Positions 1 to 12,712 of a DNA stretch of 64,000 nucleotides are shown one piece after another. The stretch is from contig OZ024745.1 of NCBI GenBank assembly GCA_964016885.1, forward strand, positions 9,300,001-9,364,000, in the 5' to 3' direction. The DNA comes from Eledone cirrhosa. Its lineage: Eukaryota. A model generated the notes under the pieces. That model was not told the origin of the DNA, made no database searches, and saw only the letters and a list, made by a program, of their open reading frames with translations. Both the position numbers and the translations under genes were made by a program. Each line of letters opens with the position of its first letter. The first letter of the stretch is position 1.

Positions 1-405
1 TGGGATGTGGTTTATTAGGAGGCTACAGTAATGGGATGTGGTTTATTAGGAGGCTACAGCAATTGGATGTGGTTTATTAGGAGGCTACAGCAATGGGATG
101 TGGTTTATTAGGAGGCTACAGTAATGGGATGTGGTTTATTAAGAGGCTACAGTAATGGGATGTGGTTTTTTTCGGAGGCTACAGTAATGGGATGTGGTTT
201 ATTAGGAGGCTACAGTAATGGGATGTGGTTTATTAGGAGGCTACAGCAATTGGATGTGGTTTATTAGGAGGCTACAGCAATGGGATGTGGTTTATTAGGA
301 GGCTACAGCAATGGGATGTGGTTTATTAGGAGGCTACAGCAATGGGATGTGGTTTATTAGGAGGCTACAGTAATGGGATGTGGTTTATTAGGAGGCTACA
401 GCAAT
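1..405. repeat. 31-bp minisatellite, ~13 copies (TGGGATGTGGTTTATTAGGAGGCTACAGYAA), runs off window start
   Basis: Unit recurs at 1, 32, 63, ... with few substitutions. Confidence 0.95.
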
Positions 406-599
406 GAAAATGAGAAATTAAAAATAACAGCAAAGATGTTGGAATTTATTTTGAAGTTGTTTACTAGTCATTAATTGGAATCACCAAGATCCCAGACCTC
501 ATTCACTTTCGGAGTTGCGTGGAGTTTGTCAAATCAGATCAAGGAAACAATGTTTTCATTGGTCCTTACTTTCTGATAATATCTACCAGTTGCAACTCC

Positions 600-729
600 T
601 GGTAGAAAGAGCAAAGTGAAATAAAGTGTCTTGCTCAAGGACATAACACATTGCCTGGTCCAGGAATCGAACTTGCAACTTCACAATTGCAAATCCAATT
701 CTCTAACCACTAAGCCACATGCCTTCACC
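600..729 (-). mobile_element. tRNA-derived SINE, 5' part
   Basis: Minus strand has A box TGGCTTAGTGG and B box GTTCGATTCC followed by GTCCTTGAGCAAGACACTTTA; homologous to 12085-12204 and 47160-47255. Confidence 0.8.
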
Positions 730-1057
730 ACCTATAACATGCTACAACCCCACCACCACTAAAATGAAAAATTGTAACACACTACAGGCCCCTCACTAAA
801 ATTGAACACCTTCATATCAATAGAAGAAATTTGTTTAGGTACCCCCCCCCCCCCCCCCCCCAATCACATACTTTTCGTGAGGCCAATTCCTCCGTTATTT
901 TGAAGTGTGGTATATTCCACTGACATTTGTCAAGATTGCTGCTATACTATGACATTGTTTATGGGGGAGTGGGGGGCACTGCTTGCTTTCAAACACCAAC
1001 ATACACAAACTCTTTGTTCCCTCTTTGTCTTTCTCTCTCTTTTTATCTATCTATATG

Positions 1058-2860
1058 TAATAATAATGAAATTATTGTGTACAGTGCTCAGATGCACTGC
1101 AATCCATCAAAGGTTCATGTATAGTACATAGAATAATGTACAAATGCCAGGAAAGTGAACAATGTATGAATCATGATATACACACAGATGCGTGCGTGTG
1201 TATGGAGGGCGAATGTCAGGTGGAGTGTTGGTGAATTTCTGGAAGCATGGAAGATTTAAAGGATGCAGTGTCTCGACAGCTAACAACTGATGCAGGTAGT
1301 TTCTTCCATGCTTCAGCAATTCTCAGTGTGAAAAAATGTTTCCGAAAGTCATGGTAGCTGTGCTGTTTTCTGACTTTGTAGACATGCGCATGTGTGTTAG
1401 ACACATGGAATTTAAAAAGGTGCTCAGGGTTGTTGTTGGCAAGATGGTTAATAATTTTGTGGGTGTTTACCAAGTTAGTTGCCAGATGTAAGAGCTTCAA
1501 TGTATCCATGCCCAGGGAAGCAAGGCGTTCAGAGTATGGTAGATGCCTTATGGAGAGTATTCGCTTGGTTGCACGTCTCTGAACAGTTTCCAGGAGGTCA
1601 ATGTTCCAAGCAAAATAGGGGTTCCAGACTGGTGATGCAAATTCTAAGTGTGACTGCACCATAGCTATATACAGTTTTAAATAGATAGCTGGAGAGCGGC
1701 TGACAAAGGTCATGCTGAGTGATGCCAAGACACCCTTGGCCTTCCTGACAATTTTAGAGTTGTGCTTTGTCCAATGCAAGTCGCTGTTGACAGTAATGCC
1801 TAGGTCACATTCACAAGAGGACTTCTTGAGATTAGTGTCGTGGAGGGAGTATGTGGACGCTGGGTTTTTCCTCCCAAAATGCATGGTGATACACTTGTCC
1901 ACAGCCAGCTTGAGTTGCCAGTCCATGATCCATTGCTGCATTGTGTCCAGGTCTGATTGCAGGAAAGATCTATAGTGTTCAGGATCTGTCCTTTTTATCT
2001 CGAGGTACAGCTTGATGTCATCTGCATATTTCAGCACTGTGGAATTCTTCAAGTTGACATCTATGTCATTAATATATGCAACAAACAAAAGGGGACCAAG
2101 AACAGATCCCTGTCGTACACCAGATAACATCTCATAGGGTGAAGAATGCTGTCCTATAACTGTGACTACCTCTTTTCGACTGAGAATGAAGGACTTCAAC
2201 CAGTTAAAAAGATCATCTTTCAAACCCATTGCAGAGAGTTTAGCCATAAGTCTTTTGTGTGGCACAAAATTAAAAGCTTTAGCAAACTGAAGGTAAACAA
2301 CATCCACCCATGAGCCACCATCAGTGATCCGGGTAATGTCTTCAAGAAATTTGATGAGTTGATCACAGCAGCTGGAGTTAGGGATAAATCCAAATTGCAA
2401 AGGCTGGATAAAGCCATGAGAATTGCAGAGGTTCCAGAGTGTTTCTCTGACACAGGATTCCATCAGTTTGGTGATGCAGCTACTAAGACAGACTGAACGA
2501 TAGTTGACAGGTGACGTGTGGTCATCCTTTTGAACAGATGAATGATACTGGCAGCTTCCCACTGCTCTGGAGTAGCACTGTTGTTAAGACAGAATTGAAA
2601 GAAGAGTGAAGGCTGGTGCAGAAGGAAATACCCACCACGTTTGAGAAGCAGGTACATAACACCATCAAGAACAGGAGAGGCATAGTTGCACTTATTCTTA
2701 AGGTGACATTGCAGCATTGCAGGTGTAAATTCCATAGTAGAATTTGATGTCAGAGGTGGTGGAGATGGAATGTTTTGGTTTTCAACAGTAAAAATGCCTG
2801 CATCGCATTCAACAATGAGTTCTGCAGATTCTTTAGAGTCGTCAGTAATTTGGCTTATAT
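1058..2860 (-). mobile_element. 5'-truncated CR1-clade LINE, frameshifted RT ORF2 (ORFs 2463-2879 and 1216-2562)
   Basis: RT motifs QFGF, LxFAKAF, GVRQGSVLGPLLF, YADD, DLG; CR1-type C-terminus LETVQRRATK...FRKHFFTLRIAEAWKKLP..VV; one frameshift near 2520. Confidence 0.88.
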
Positions 2861-3897
2861 ATATATCTCTTTCTCTCATCAGCCCAAGTTAACGTAAATA
2901 ACCAGCAGTGGGACTGAACCCCAAACCAGACACCTTTACCTGTTATTTTAAGTTAATGTAAATAACTGCTTATGAAGCATATAGGAGATATTTTATTTTT
3001 AGATTATGTTGCCAGATATATTTCCTTGATAATGTTGCAACATATTTTTTCTTCTGGATTATGTTTCAAGGTTTTGGGGTTTTTTCTCCGATTAATGTTA
3101 CAAGATTGCTTCTTCTTTATATTGATTATGTTATAAATGTAAAATTTATCTGAAATCAATTTGTTTCTTCATGCAGAAGCTAGCCATTAAAATATGTTGA
3201 AATGATTAATATTTGTATAAAATGCTATTTGCTGTACATATATCTTAAACAAAATAATGATAATAATAATGGCTATTTTAATCATATCTTTAAGTAAAAT
3301 TCCATATAGACCAAAAAGTTTGTAATCTGATATTCCTTGGAATTTTGGCTAATTAATCTCATTTTTGTTTTATCATTGTTGATTTAAAAAAAAAAATATT
3401 TTTATGGAAAAACAATAAAATTCTTTTTTTTTAAATTTATTTCAAGACTATATATTGTAGGTTAAGTTAAAAAACTCCCTCATTGATGAATCTTCTGGAT
3501 ACAATTGCTGTGTCCCACTTTTTGTATAGAATGTTAAAATGAATGTTATTTTTTTGGAGGAGGTGTTATACATAAACACAGACATACATCTGGTATTGTG
3601 TATATATTGAATAATTAGAAATAGTTATTTTTCTTTAGAAGTCTAAAGTTAAAAGCAATTTTGGCTGGCATTTGTTGGTAAAATGTTATTAACTACTACA
3701 TTTTCTTACTGTCATTTATCTTTACATTACCATTGGCTTATGTTATCTGATAAATCTATTCATTATTAAAGGTCAAATTTTGTTGACCAGCATTTTCTAA
3801 GGTGATTATATTGATCATACACTTGAATATACTGAAAAACTAGAAAGCTCTGAAATATTTGCCAATCTAATTATTACTTCTCTCCTGTGTAACATGC

Positions 3898-4342
3898 ATT
3901 ACTCCCTTTTGATACCAAACTGCCAGAACCCACCCTCCTATTTTAATGATAGTAAACTGTTTATTTTAAAGTATTTATGTTTATCTAAAAACCTTCCATC
4001 ATAATTTTATGTAAGAACCTTTTGTTAAGTTATTTTGCAAACACGAGATAATGATTTCTAATTTAGGCACAAGGTCAGATATTTGTGGGCTGGAGTAAGT
4101 CAATTAAATCAACTCCAATACTTTACTGGGGCTTTATTTTACTCAGCCCAAAAGGACAAAAAGGGCCAAACAGAACAAATATTGTTAAGCATTTGTCTGA
4201 CACTAATAACTTGACCAATCCACTACCTTAAACAGATAAATAATGAAAATTAGTTATGTTAGAAAATCTCTCTAAATTCTTGATTATTTTAAAAATTATT
4301 TGAAAGTCATAGGCAGTGTATTTCATAAGAAATATGGTTAAC
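3898..4342. mobile_element. Degraded piggyBac-like MITE with an old SINE inside (~4050-4230)
   Basis: Homologous along its length to 17237-17862, which has TTAACCC...GGTTAA ends. Confidence 0.55.
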
Positions 4343-5185
4343 CTCTAATATGTTTAACTAGATGATAGTTTTATTCTAAACAGTATCACCTGTTGAATGT
4401 TGTCATGACAAAGAATCAACAGTATTAATAATATAATAAATGTGTTTTTTTTGGAATTTGTTTTAGAATATGACAGGATACACATTTAAACTAGAAGTGA
4501 CTGTAGATAAGATGAAGTGTACATTATAACATCTCAAATCTATTATGATTCTTGGCAATGTTAAGTTGAGGAATTGTCTTAGTTATTAGTTTCCTAATAA
4601 AACAGGCTTAGTCTTGTCTTACTTACTAGCATAGAATTAAACATTTTTTTTTCATCTCTGCTATGTAAATGTATTCAGTCAACAACAGACTGTTTTATTG
4701 ATAAGAATTAGGACAATACTGAAAGCTTTCCTCCAAGTCATCCTCAAAGTAACATTATATTTGGTTGGTATTAATGTGATAAATTTGAGGTATATTTATC
4801 TAAATATTTGTCAGATGCTATAAGCATCTATAAGAAATGGTCTGTGGTTGTGAAATTATCTATGACACACACACACCTATTTGTAGTGATACTGTCAGAG
4901 GTATATCTTAGATACAGGAAGTAAAATAATGAATAAAAAAGCTTTCTGTGAACTAAACATGTTAGTTGTAATATTTTCCAAACCAGTGTATTGACTGAAG
5001 GGTGCTAAGTTTATTAATTTACTACATATGAGACTTACTGTTTCTTGTTTGATGCTTCAATGAAACACAAAGCAGTTGTATACTATGAGTATGACATCTG
5101 GTTTTTAATTGCTTGCTTCAAACAATAGAAGTGCAGCTCTTGGATTGCCCAGTAAATGTTATTTTCCTATTTGAAATAATTATTA

Positions 5186-7520
5186 CAAGAGATGGAATGA
5201 GACATATAGGAAGGTGTGGAGAAGAAAGGTCTGGAAGCTAAAAGACCTTTCACTAAAATTCAAATTTAGGAAAGCCCTTCAAGATGTATATGACGAAAAA
5301 GAAGACGATTTAGAGACGTATGACATAGATAATAACTGGAAGTTCTTACGTGACAACTTGCTGAAGGCTACTGATGAAACCTGTGGCTGGAGCAGAGCTC
5401 CAACCAGACAGAGAGTGACCTGGTGGTGGAACAGCACAGTAGATAAGGCTATTAGAGACAAAAGACTAGCATGGAAGGCTTGGAAAAAGGGTGGGAGTAG
5501 GGAAGAATATACAGCCACTAAGAGAGAAGCTAGACGTCAGGTGTACTTAGCACGCAGGGAGGCAGAGAGTAGGAGGTTTGCCAATGTTCTGCGACGGGAA
5601 GATCAGAGGCGTGCGGTGTTCCACATTGCAAGGCAGTGTGTCAATGCAAATCAGGATGTTGTTGGTGATAAATGTGTCCAGGATGATGCCGGTGTACTTA
5701 GTGTCACGAATGACCAGAAAAAGGAGGCCTGGAAATGTCATTATGAGAGACTGATGAATGTGGAGAACGAATGGGAGAGAGAGAAATTACCCTTGGTAGA
5801 TCCGACAGAGGGACCAGCTATTGAGATTGATGAATATAGGGTCCAAGAGGCGATTAGGGAAATGAAAAATGGTAAGGCGGCCGGACCATCGGGAATAGTT
5901 GCTGAGATGCTGAAGGCATCAGGGGACGTAGGCACTAAACTGGTTGCACGCATCATCAATCAGGCTATATATGGTGGTGTCATACCCAAAGACTGGTGCA
6001 GCAGTATTCTCATAAATTGCTACAAAGGTAAAGGGGATGCTTTGGAGAGGAGCAATTATAGGGGTATAAAACTGATAGATCAGGTTATGAAAGTGGCAGA
6101 AAGGATTTTAGCACAACTAATTAGGGAAAGGGTCAAACTAGATGAGATGCAGTTTGGTTTTGTGCCTGGGAAGAGTACAACAGATGCCCTCTTCTTGGTG
6201 AGACAAATGCAAGAGAGGTTCTTAGAGAAGAATAAGCCACTATACTTAGCCTTTGTTGACCTAGAGAAGGCCTTTGATAGGGTACCCCGATCTGTCATCT
6301 GGTGGTCCCTAAGGAAGCTGGGTGTTGAGGAATGGCTTGTGAGGACAGTGCAAACTTTGTACAGAGGTACTCTCAGTAAAGTCAGAGTAGGAATGGAGTT
6401 TAGTGAGGAATTCCAGATAGAAGTAGGAGTACATCAGGGTTCCGTCCTCAGCCCGCTCTTGTTCATTATAGTCCTCCAAGCCATAACAGAGGAGTTTAAG
6501 ACTGGCTGTCCATGGGAACTTCTCTATGCTGACGATCTGGCTCTTATGGCAGAATCAGTAGAGGAGCTAGAGAATAAATTCCGGCTATGGAAACAGCAGT
6601 TGGAAGCAAGAGGACTGAGAGTAAATCTAGCTAAGACAAAAGTGTTGATGAGTAGAAAAGAGGACAAAACCCTGATTCCGCCAGGGAAATGGCCATGTTC
6701 GATATGCAGAAAAGGAACTGGCATAAATTCTATAAAATGCACACAATGCAGGTCCTGGGTACACAAGAGATGTAGTGGGATAGCAGGCAAACTAACAGGT
6801 AGGGAGAAATATGTATGCAGTAGATGTACAGGGAAATTAGACAGTAGAAGTTGCACTGATAGACACATTTTTCAAATGCGAGAGGGCGATATAGAAGTGG
6901 TGGATAGCTTCCGGTACCTAGGAGATCAGATTAGCATGGGAGGAGGGTGTTCCGAGGCCATAGTATCTAGAATAAGGACGGGTTGGAAGAAGTTTAGGGA
7001 GCTGCTTCCTCTGTTGACGAAGAAGGGTTTCTCCCTGCGTACGAAAGGCCGGTTGTATGATGCCTGTGTGAGGAGCGCGATGCTGCATGGTAGTGAGACA
7101 TGGGCAGCAACCGCAGAAGATATGCGACGGCTGGAGAGAAATGAGGCAAGCATGCTCCGTTGGATGTGCAGTGTAAATGTGCGTGAACGACCCAGCATAA
7201 ATGTGTTGAGAGAGAAACTGTGTCTGAGAGGGATAGAATGTAGTGTACGGGAGAGGAGACTGAGGTGGTATGGACATGTGATGCGCATGGAGGATGACCG
7301 ATGGGTGAAGAAGTGCCAGGAAATGCCAGTTGAAGGAAGACGTGGTAGAGGTAGACCACGAAAAACATGGGCGGAGGTGGTGAGAACAGACCTCAGATCA
7401 TTGAAGCTCACGGTGGAGATGACGAGGGACCGTGACGAGTGGAGAGATGCTGTGCTGAATAAGACCCGTCCCACCCTTGCAAGCAGGGAAAAGCGGACGT
7501 AAAATGATGATGATGATGAT
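5186..7520 (+). mobile_element. RTE-clade LINE (PHD-RT family, subfamily A), 5'-truncated, (GAT)n tail
   Basis: Long open RT frame without APE domain; stop at 7502 directly followed by (GAT)n. Confidence 0.92.
5214..7502 (+). CDS. LINE reverse transcriptase (truncated, 762 aa open frame) with internal PHD finger at 6696-6827
   Basis: NYRGI, QFGF, FVDLEKAFD, GVHQGSVLSPLLF, YADD, FRYLG, RLRWYGHV, RGRGRP; CSIC-x10-CTQC-x4-H-x2-C-x14-CSRC. Confidence 0.9.
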   Translation: MWRRKVWKLKDLSLKFKFRKALQDVYDEKEDDLETYDIDNNWKFLRDNLLKATDETCGWSRAPTRQRVTWWWNSTVDKAIRDKRLAWKAWKKGGSREEYTATKREARRQVYLARREAESRRFANVLRREDQRRAVFHIARQCVNANQDVVGDKCVQDDAGVLSVTNDQKKEAWKCHYERLMNVENEWEREKLPLVDPTEGPAIEIDEYRVQEAIREMKNGKAAGPSGIVAEMLKASGDVGTKLVARIINQAIYGGVIPKDWCSSILINCYKGKGDALERSNYRGIKLIDQVMKVAERILAQLIRERVKLDEMQFGFVPGKSTTDALFLVRQMQERFLEKNKPLYLAFVDLEKAFDRVPRSVIWWSLRKLGVEEWLVRTVQTLYRGTLSKVRVGMEFSEEFQIEVGVHQGSVLSPLLFIIVLQAITEEFKTGCPWELLYADDLALMAESVEELENKFRLWKQQLEARGLRVNLAKTKVLMSRKEDKTLIPPGKWPCSICRKGTGINSIKCTQCRSWVHKRCSGIAGKLTGREKYVCSRCTGKLDSRSCTDRHIFQMREGDIEVVDSFRYLGDQISMGGGCSEAIVSRIRTGWKKFRELLPLLTKKGFSLRTKGRLYDACVRSAMLHGSETWAATAEDMRRLERNEASMLRWMCSVNVRERPSINVLREKLCLRGIECSVRERRLRWYGHVMRMEDDRWVKKCQEMPVEGRRGRGRPRKTWAEVVRTDLRSLKLTVEMTRDRDEWRDAVLNKTRPTLASREKRT

Positions 7521-7636
7521 TAATTGAATTATCAATGTAAGGGGAAAAAATAAAAACAAAATCAGAGGGGAAAAAAGAAAAGCTTTTTATAGTACTATAT
7601 AATTATATACACTTCTTGACAAACTTACTTTATATT

Positions 7637-10600
7637 CTAGGGCGGGTAAAATTCCCGAGATCCATGGACGAGTTCTCCCCAGCGGTCTCTGTCCCTCATT
7701 ATCGCTGCCATGTCCTGTGTCTCCAACAGACCAGTGTCTGTCCTTAGGGCATCAACATACATTAACCTTGGTCTTCCTCTTCCAGTGTGTCCATGTAGGG
7801 GCTCCCACAGGAGCACTGAGCACTGAGTGCTGTGTCAACTCTGGATATCGGTGAGCATGTCCAGCTACCCTCACTCTCCTCTGTGTCACTTTTGAGCTGA
7901 CTTTTGGGAGGCTCCTATAGAGCTCTGAGTTTTTCATCCTTAGTGTATACTGATTAATGTTCAGAGCCATCCTCAGCATCTCGTGTAGCACCCATCCACC
8001 ACCTGAGTGAGTTTCTTGGTCAGTGTCCAAGTTTCAGATCCGTACTGCTGTACGGATCTGAAACTTGGACAGATTCCACTACAGCAATGAAGAGGCAGAT
8101 TTTCAGGTCTTTACGAAGGTCCGACTTCAACACCGATCTCAAGCTGTGGCACACCGCCCAGGCCTTGCTCTTCCACTCAACCACATCATCTTCCGCATTC
8201 CCAATCTTTGCTCCCAAATACAGGAAGTCCTCAACTAATTCTAGCAGCTTCCCGCCTACATTAGTGATCCCCTCTGGCTTCTCAACATTCTCTACCAGAT
8301 ATTTTGTTTTAGTCTCATTCATTCTCAGCCCCACACTCATCGACACAGTCTCAACCTCCTGCATCAAATCCTCTGCCTCCTTCACTGTATTCGTCACCAA
8401 AACTATGTCGTTGGCAAATTCAGCATCCAATATCTTTTTAGCCTTAAGTCTCCTGCTCTGAGCCGGTGCTACAGAAAAGCCAGAGTCCTGGAGTTTCTCC
8501 AGTGCAAGGCGCATACAATAGTCCACTACGATGGTAAAAAGGTAGGGAGCCAATATATCTCCCTGGAGCACTCCAGCCAGTATCTCAAAGAACTCAAAGT
8601 CATCCCATCAGGTGTAATGACTTGGGTGTTGGTGTAGAGCAATGATATCAGGTCCACTATATTCTTGGGGATTCCATAAACCTGTAAGATCTTCATCAGG
8701 CAGTGACGGTCCACAGAATCAAAGGACTTCTTAAAGTCAATGAAAACCATGATCGCAGGAAGGCACTTTGCTCTAGCTCCCTCTAATATCCTCCTCAGCA
8801 TCAGGATGTGACTGGTGGTTGATCTTCCCTCTCTGAAGCCATTCTGGTTGTCCCTGAGCTTCTTCTCCATCTCAGGCTGGATCCTGTTAAGAATCATTTG
8901 TAAAGAGGGTCTTTGCCACAAATGACATCAGTGAGATCCCCCTGTAGTTGTTGGTGTTAGAGAGATATCCCTTCTTTGGCACTGGCACGATGTTACTGAT
9001 CCTCCACTGATTCGGGGCAACTCTTTTCTCCAGTGCTTGGTTACAGAACTCCAGGATGATATCATCAAAATCACACCTCTTCATCTCCTCTGATGCCACT
9101 CCATCTTCTCCATGAGCCTTGCCCTCCTTGATCTTCTTCTTGGCTCTCTGAAGCTCCTCTCTGGTGAAGGGCTCTGTCTCAATATCCTGTTCTTGAAACA
9201 GCTGCCTGATCTCCCCAGTGCTCTGGGCTGTGGAGGGCGGCTCTCCTAGTAGGGTCCTAAAATGGTCTAGCCATTTCCTCTTCCTTTCCTCGGGCCCTGT
9301 TCCCTGGATCTGACTCAAACACCTTCTCTTCCTCCCTGTGATCGCGTTGATGATCATCCAGCTCTCCTTACATCCAGACCTGTCAATCGCTCTCTCCACA
9401 CTTCTGATCTTCTCTATCAGTGCAGCCTCTCTGGCCTCGGTGTAAGCAGTACAGAGTTCTTCCCTCATCACCTCCACAGTCTCCATCCTCTCCTCCGTAG
9501 GATCAGCATAGAATTGGTCCTTGGCAGCTTACAGGTGTTCGCTGGCTGCACACACTTTTGGGTCTGCAGAGCTGACGTGCTTCCTTTTGTTCTTTCTCCT
9601 CGGCACCATGGTCTCACTTGCTTCCGCCACTGCATTGGTGAAGTGCCGTACCTCCTCGTCACACTCTCCTCAGTCCATCCAATCTCTCTCTCCTCTGTCT
9701 CTCCACACAGAGCACTGAACCTGTTGCTCACTTCTACTGTGAACCTCTCCTGTAACTTATCATCTTCTTTGAAAGCTCCCCAGTCATAGATTGCTCTCCG
9801 GGGATGAACCTTGCTCTTTCTTAAGCTCACCCGGACCTCACTCATAACAAGCCGGTGGTCACTACCCAGTGTACTGAAATAGTTGTATGGTTCTGTGTTC
9901 AGAATACTATTCCGACACTTTTTCTTCAGAATGAAATCAATCTGGGACTTGGACAGGTGCATATCTGAGATGTAGGTCCACATCTTCCCCGGATTCTTCC
10001 TAAACCTTAGGTTGGTTGCTATCAAGTTTGCCTCCAGCAGGGTGTCTCTCAGTAGTCTTCCATTTCGGTTGGTGTTGTTATGGAAGTACCAGCAAGGATC
10101 TTCACTGCCCTCCTTACTCAGATGCATTGAAGTCCCCCAAAACAAGAAGGATGTTGTGTGCTTGTGTGGTGTTGACAGCTCTACACACCTCCTCATGGAA
10201 CTCTTCCGCACTCACATCACTGTCTCCTTCGGTTGGACTATAGGCTGAGATGACTGTCAGTCTCGGGTTTCCATTGAAGGTCACCCTCAACACTCGCGGG
10301 GAGACATGCATTATTTTCCTCACCAATAGACTGGTTTTTGTGCTGAAAACAAAACCCACTCCTCCTACTGCAGCATTGTTCATGTTCCTCACTACTGATG
10401 TGGTGATGAGCTGGCTCATCTTCCCAATCATCACACTCCTCACGGGCTTATCGTGTAGGATCCTGTGTTCTTGGATCGCAAGTATCTGTATACCACTCTC
10501 CTCGAACAGATGTCCCAACTCCTCTCTCTTCTCCAGCGTTCGAATAGTCCTCATATTCAAAGTGCCCATTTTGATGGCTCTTCTGCAGGACAAAACTGCA

Positions 10601-10960
10601 TTCTTTATATTTGTCTCAGAGACAGCTGATCCATCAACCACTGGCCCTCCCTGTGGCTCTAAGCCAGCAGAGTCATAACAACCAGATTGCTCCTTGACAG
10701 TGTAATTAGGGGCTCTAACCCTAGTGCTGTTAGATAGACTCTCCATATTTCTTTTCAATGGGTGACAATACCTTACCGGCGCCACTTGAATAAGTTAGTT
10801 ATTTAACCCATAAATGGCGCCCTAACAGGTACTACTACTCCGGGCCAGAGCAGACCTTGGAGTTATGACAACTAAGGGGTAACTCCACATTCCCCACAGC
10901 ACCTGAACTCCCGAACTGGAGCCTTGCCACTGGATGTAGTTTAATGTCATACCCAGGACA
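7637..10960 (-). mobile_element. Near full-length decayed RTE-clade LINE (APE + RT, multiple frameshifts) with 5' UTR at 10790-10960
   Basis: Consecutive minus ORFs 10114-10785 (GTLNMRT, QEHR, SAYSP, GDFNA), 9468-10211 (SDH), 8887-9486 (NYRGISL), 8526-8921 (DFKKSFD), 8020-8571 (QGD, FAND in place of F/YADD, FLYLG); candidate TSD TTACTTTATAT at 7625-7635 and 10962-10972. Confidence 0.88.
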
Positions 10961-10965
10961 TTTAC

Positions 10966-11157
10966 TTTATATAATACTATATAATTATATACACTGCTTG
11001 ACAATCTTACTTTATATAGTACTATATAATTATATACACTTCCTGACAATCTTACTTTATATAGTACTATATAATTATATACACTTCCTGACAATCTTAC
11101 TTTATATAGTACTATATAATTATATACACTTCCTCACAATCTTACTTTATATAGTAC
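10966..11157. repeat. 45-bp minisatellite (~4.3 copies; one further copy at 7584-7635 beyond the LINE)
   Basis: Unit TTTATATAGTACTATATAATTATATACACTTCCTGACAATCTTAC at 10966, 11011, 11056, 11101, 11146. Confidence 0.93.
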
Positions 11158-11665
11158 GGTTAGATTTATTTTTGACATTAACCTGTTTTTTATTTTATTT
11201 TATTTTATTTTATTTTTTTCTTAATGTTTATAAAACATTTGAAGTGTTTGTAGTTTCAGCAAGCTAGCAACATGTTTTTGTCAAAGATTGCCAGGATGTG
11301 GTGGTGCCCCAGCATGGACTTAGCCTGTCCACTGGAACATGTAAAAGAGTATTACTGTCAGTAACAGCAAAAGAAATTAATTTCATATAGTTTTATTGAT
11401 TTCATTTTTCTTAGAGAATTGAATTATATAATTTTTAAAACTCTTTCTGAAAAGTTAAAAAAACAACTAAATTTTGTTGTAAATGCAATCACAGAAACCC
11501 ATGTCTACATGTGAGTTACTTGGTTGTATTATATTTGAAAAAATTGATTTGGTTCAAGTAATTTGTTGAATACATTGTTTATTTAAATGATTAACATTTG
11601 AGTTGTTCAGTATTACCTTGTACATGTGTGGCATCCTTGAGACAACTGAAAGAAGTATCTAATCT

Positions 11666-11844
11666 ATAATAGGGGTGTATATGAAGAGTCTTGCTAGGTT
11701 TTAAGCTGTGATCATGTCACAACTATCTCATTGGTCATGTGAGAATGTCAGACATGATCACAGCTTAAAATATTCATATTGAGATTATTGTATGTTTATT
11801 ATATATAAATATATTATATATGCCTTCATATACACCTCTATTAT
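11666..11844. mobile_element. Foldback/MITE-like nested inverted repeat
   Basis: Outer IR 11666-11686/11824-11844 (one mismatch) and perfect inner 20-bp IR 11699-11718/11751-11770. Confidence 0.6.
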
Positions 11845-11879
11845 GAACCACTCTATGTTAGTGCTACTGCTAATAAAGT

Positions 11880-12204
11880 GGGGAGATGACTCCCTCCAGT
11901 CACACATCCATGGGATTTGCACCTAGAAAGTTTTCCTTCTGGGGCACAAATCTGAGCAAGGTATTCTTCTGGAAAACTAGCAGCGCCCATGCATACCATT
12001 CTTCATCCCATAGATGTTGTCCAGAGAAAGCTAAAAACAATAAAACTAGTCACCAGTGACGTTGCAACTCATTTCTACAGCTAACTGGAGCAATGTGAAA
12101 TAAAGTGTCTTGTTTACGACCACAAGGCATCACCTGGTCTGGGAATCAAACTTACATCCTCATCATTGTAAATCTGATGCTCTAACCATTAAGCCAGATG
12201 CCTT
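11880..12204 (-). mobile_element. tRNA-derived SINE, degraded near-complete copy
   Basis: A/B-box head at 12140-12204 homologous to 600-729; body CTCATTTCTACAGCT...GGAGCAATGTGAAATAAAGTGTCTTG shared with 47160-47255. Confidence 0.75.
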
Positions 12205-12677
12205 CTTTAATAATATATCTAGTCTATATATGTTATTTACTGATGGGACTGGATCCTACAACCATGTCATTTCTTGTGTAAATATTGTGGAAGAATTAAC
12301 ACATTGTTTTGATTTATTACAGGATTCCTTGTGTATTACATAACTGCCGTATAAGGTTAGTTGGGAAATGTTACCCATGCTATGGAAATATGTTTCAACT
12401 GTTGTGTTGCTTGCTATTGGTAATCTTAGCTAATTCTCTTGAACTCTGCTGTAATGCTAATGCTTAGATCAGTGAAAGATTTAAAAAACATTATTTTTAG
12501 TGTGCATGTCTTCTATTACTTTATTATACTATTTAGAATTAATATATTTTCTCTTTACTAAAACTGTCATCCTACAATTTTTTTAATAGCTTTCTGGCTG
12601 TGTCTTTCTACTTTTTTTATATTTGATTTGTTTTTCCAATTTCAACTAAGTCTAATTCTTTTCATTTTATTGAAATA

Positions 12678-12712
<35 letters not shown>

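Noticed and set aside
600-729. tRNA gene
   Set aside because: A/B boxes belong to a multi-copy SINE head followed by a shared body; no convincing cloverleaf
842-861. Poly-C tract (also ~41003-41021 and ~46678-46692)
   Set aside because: Simple homopolymers whose lengths are unreliable in assemblies
5279-7474. Multiple antisense ORFs over the RTE (also at 57395-58210 and 59902-61788)
   Set aside because: Shadows of the LINE reading frame with no independent motifs
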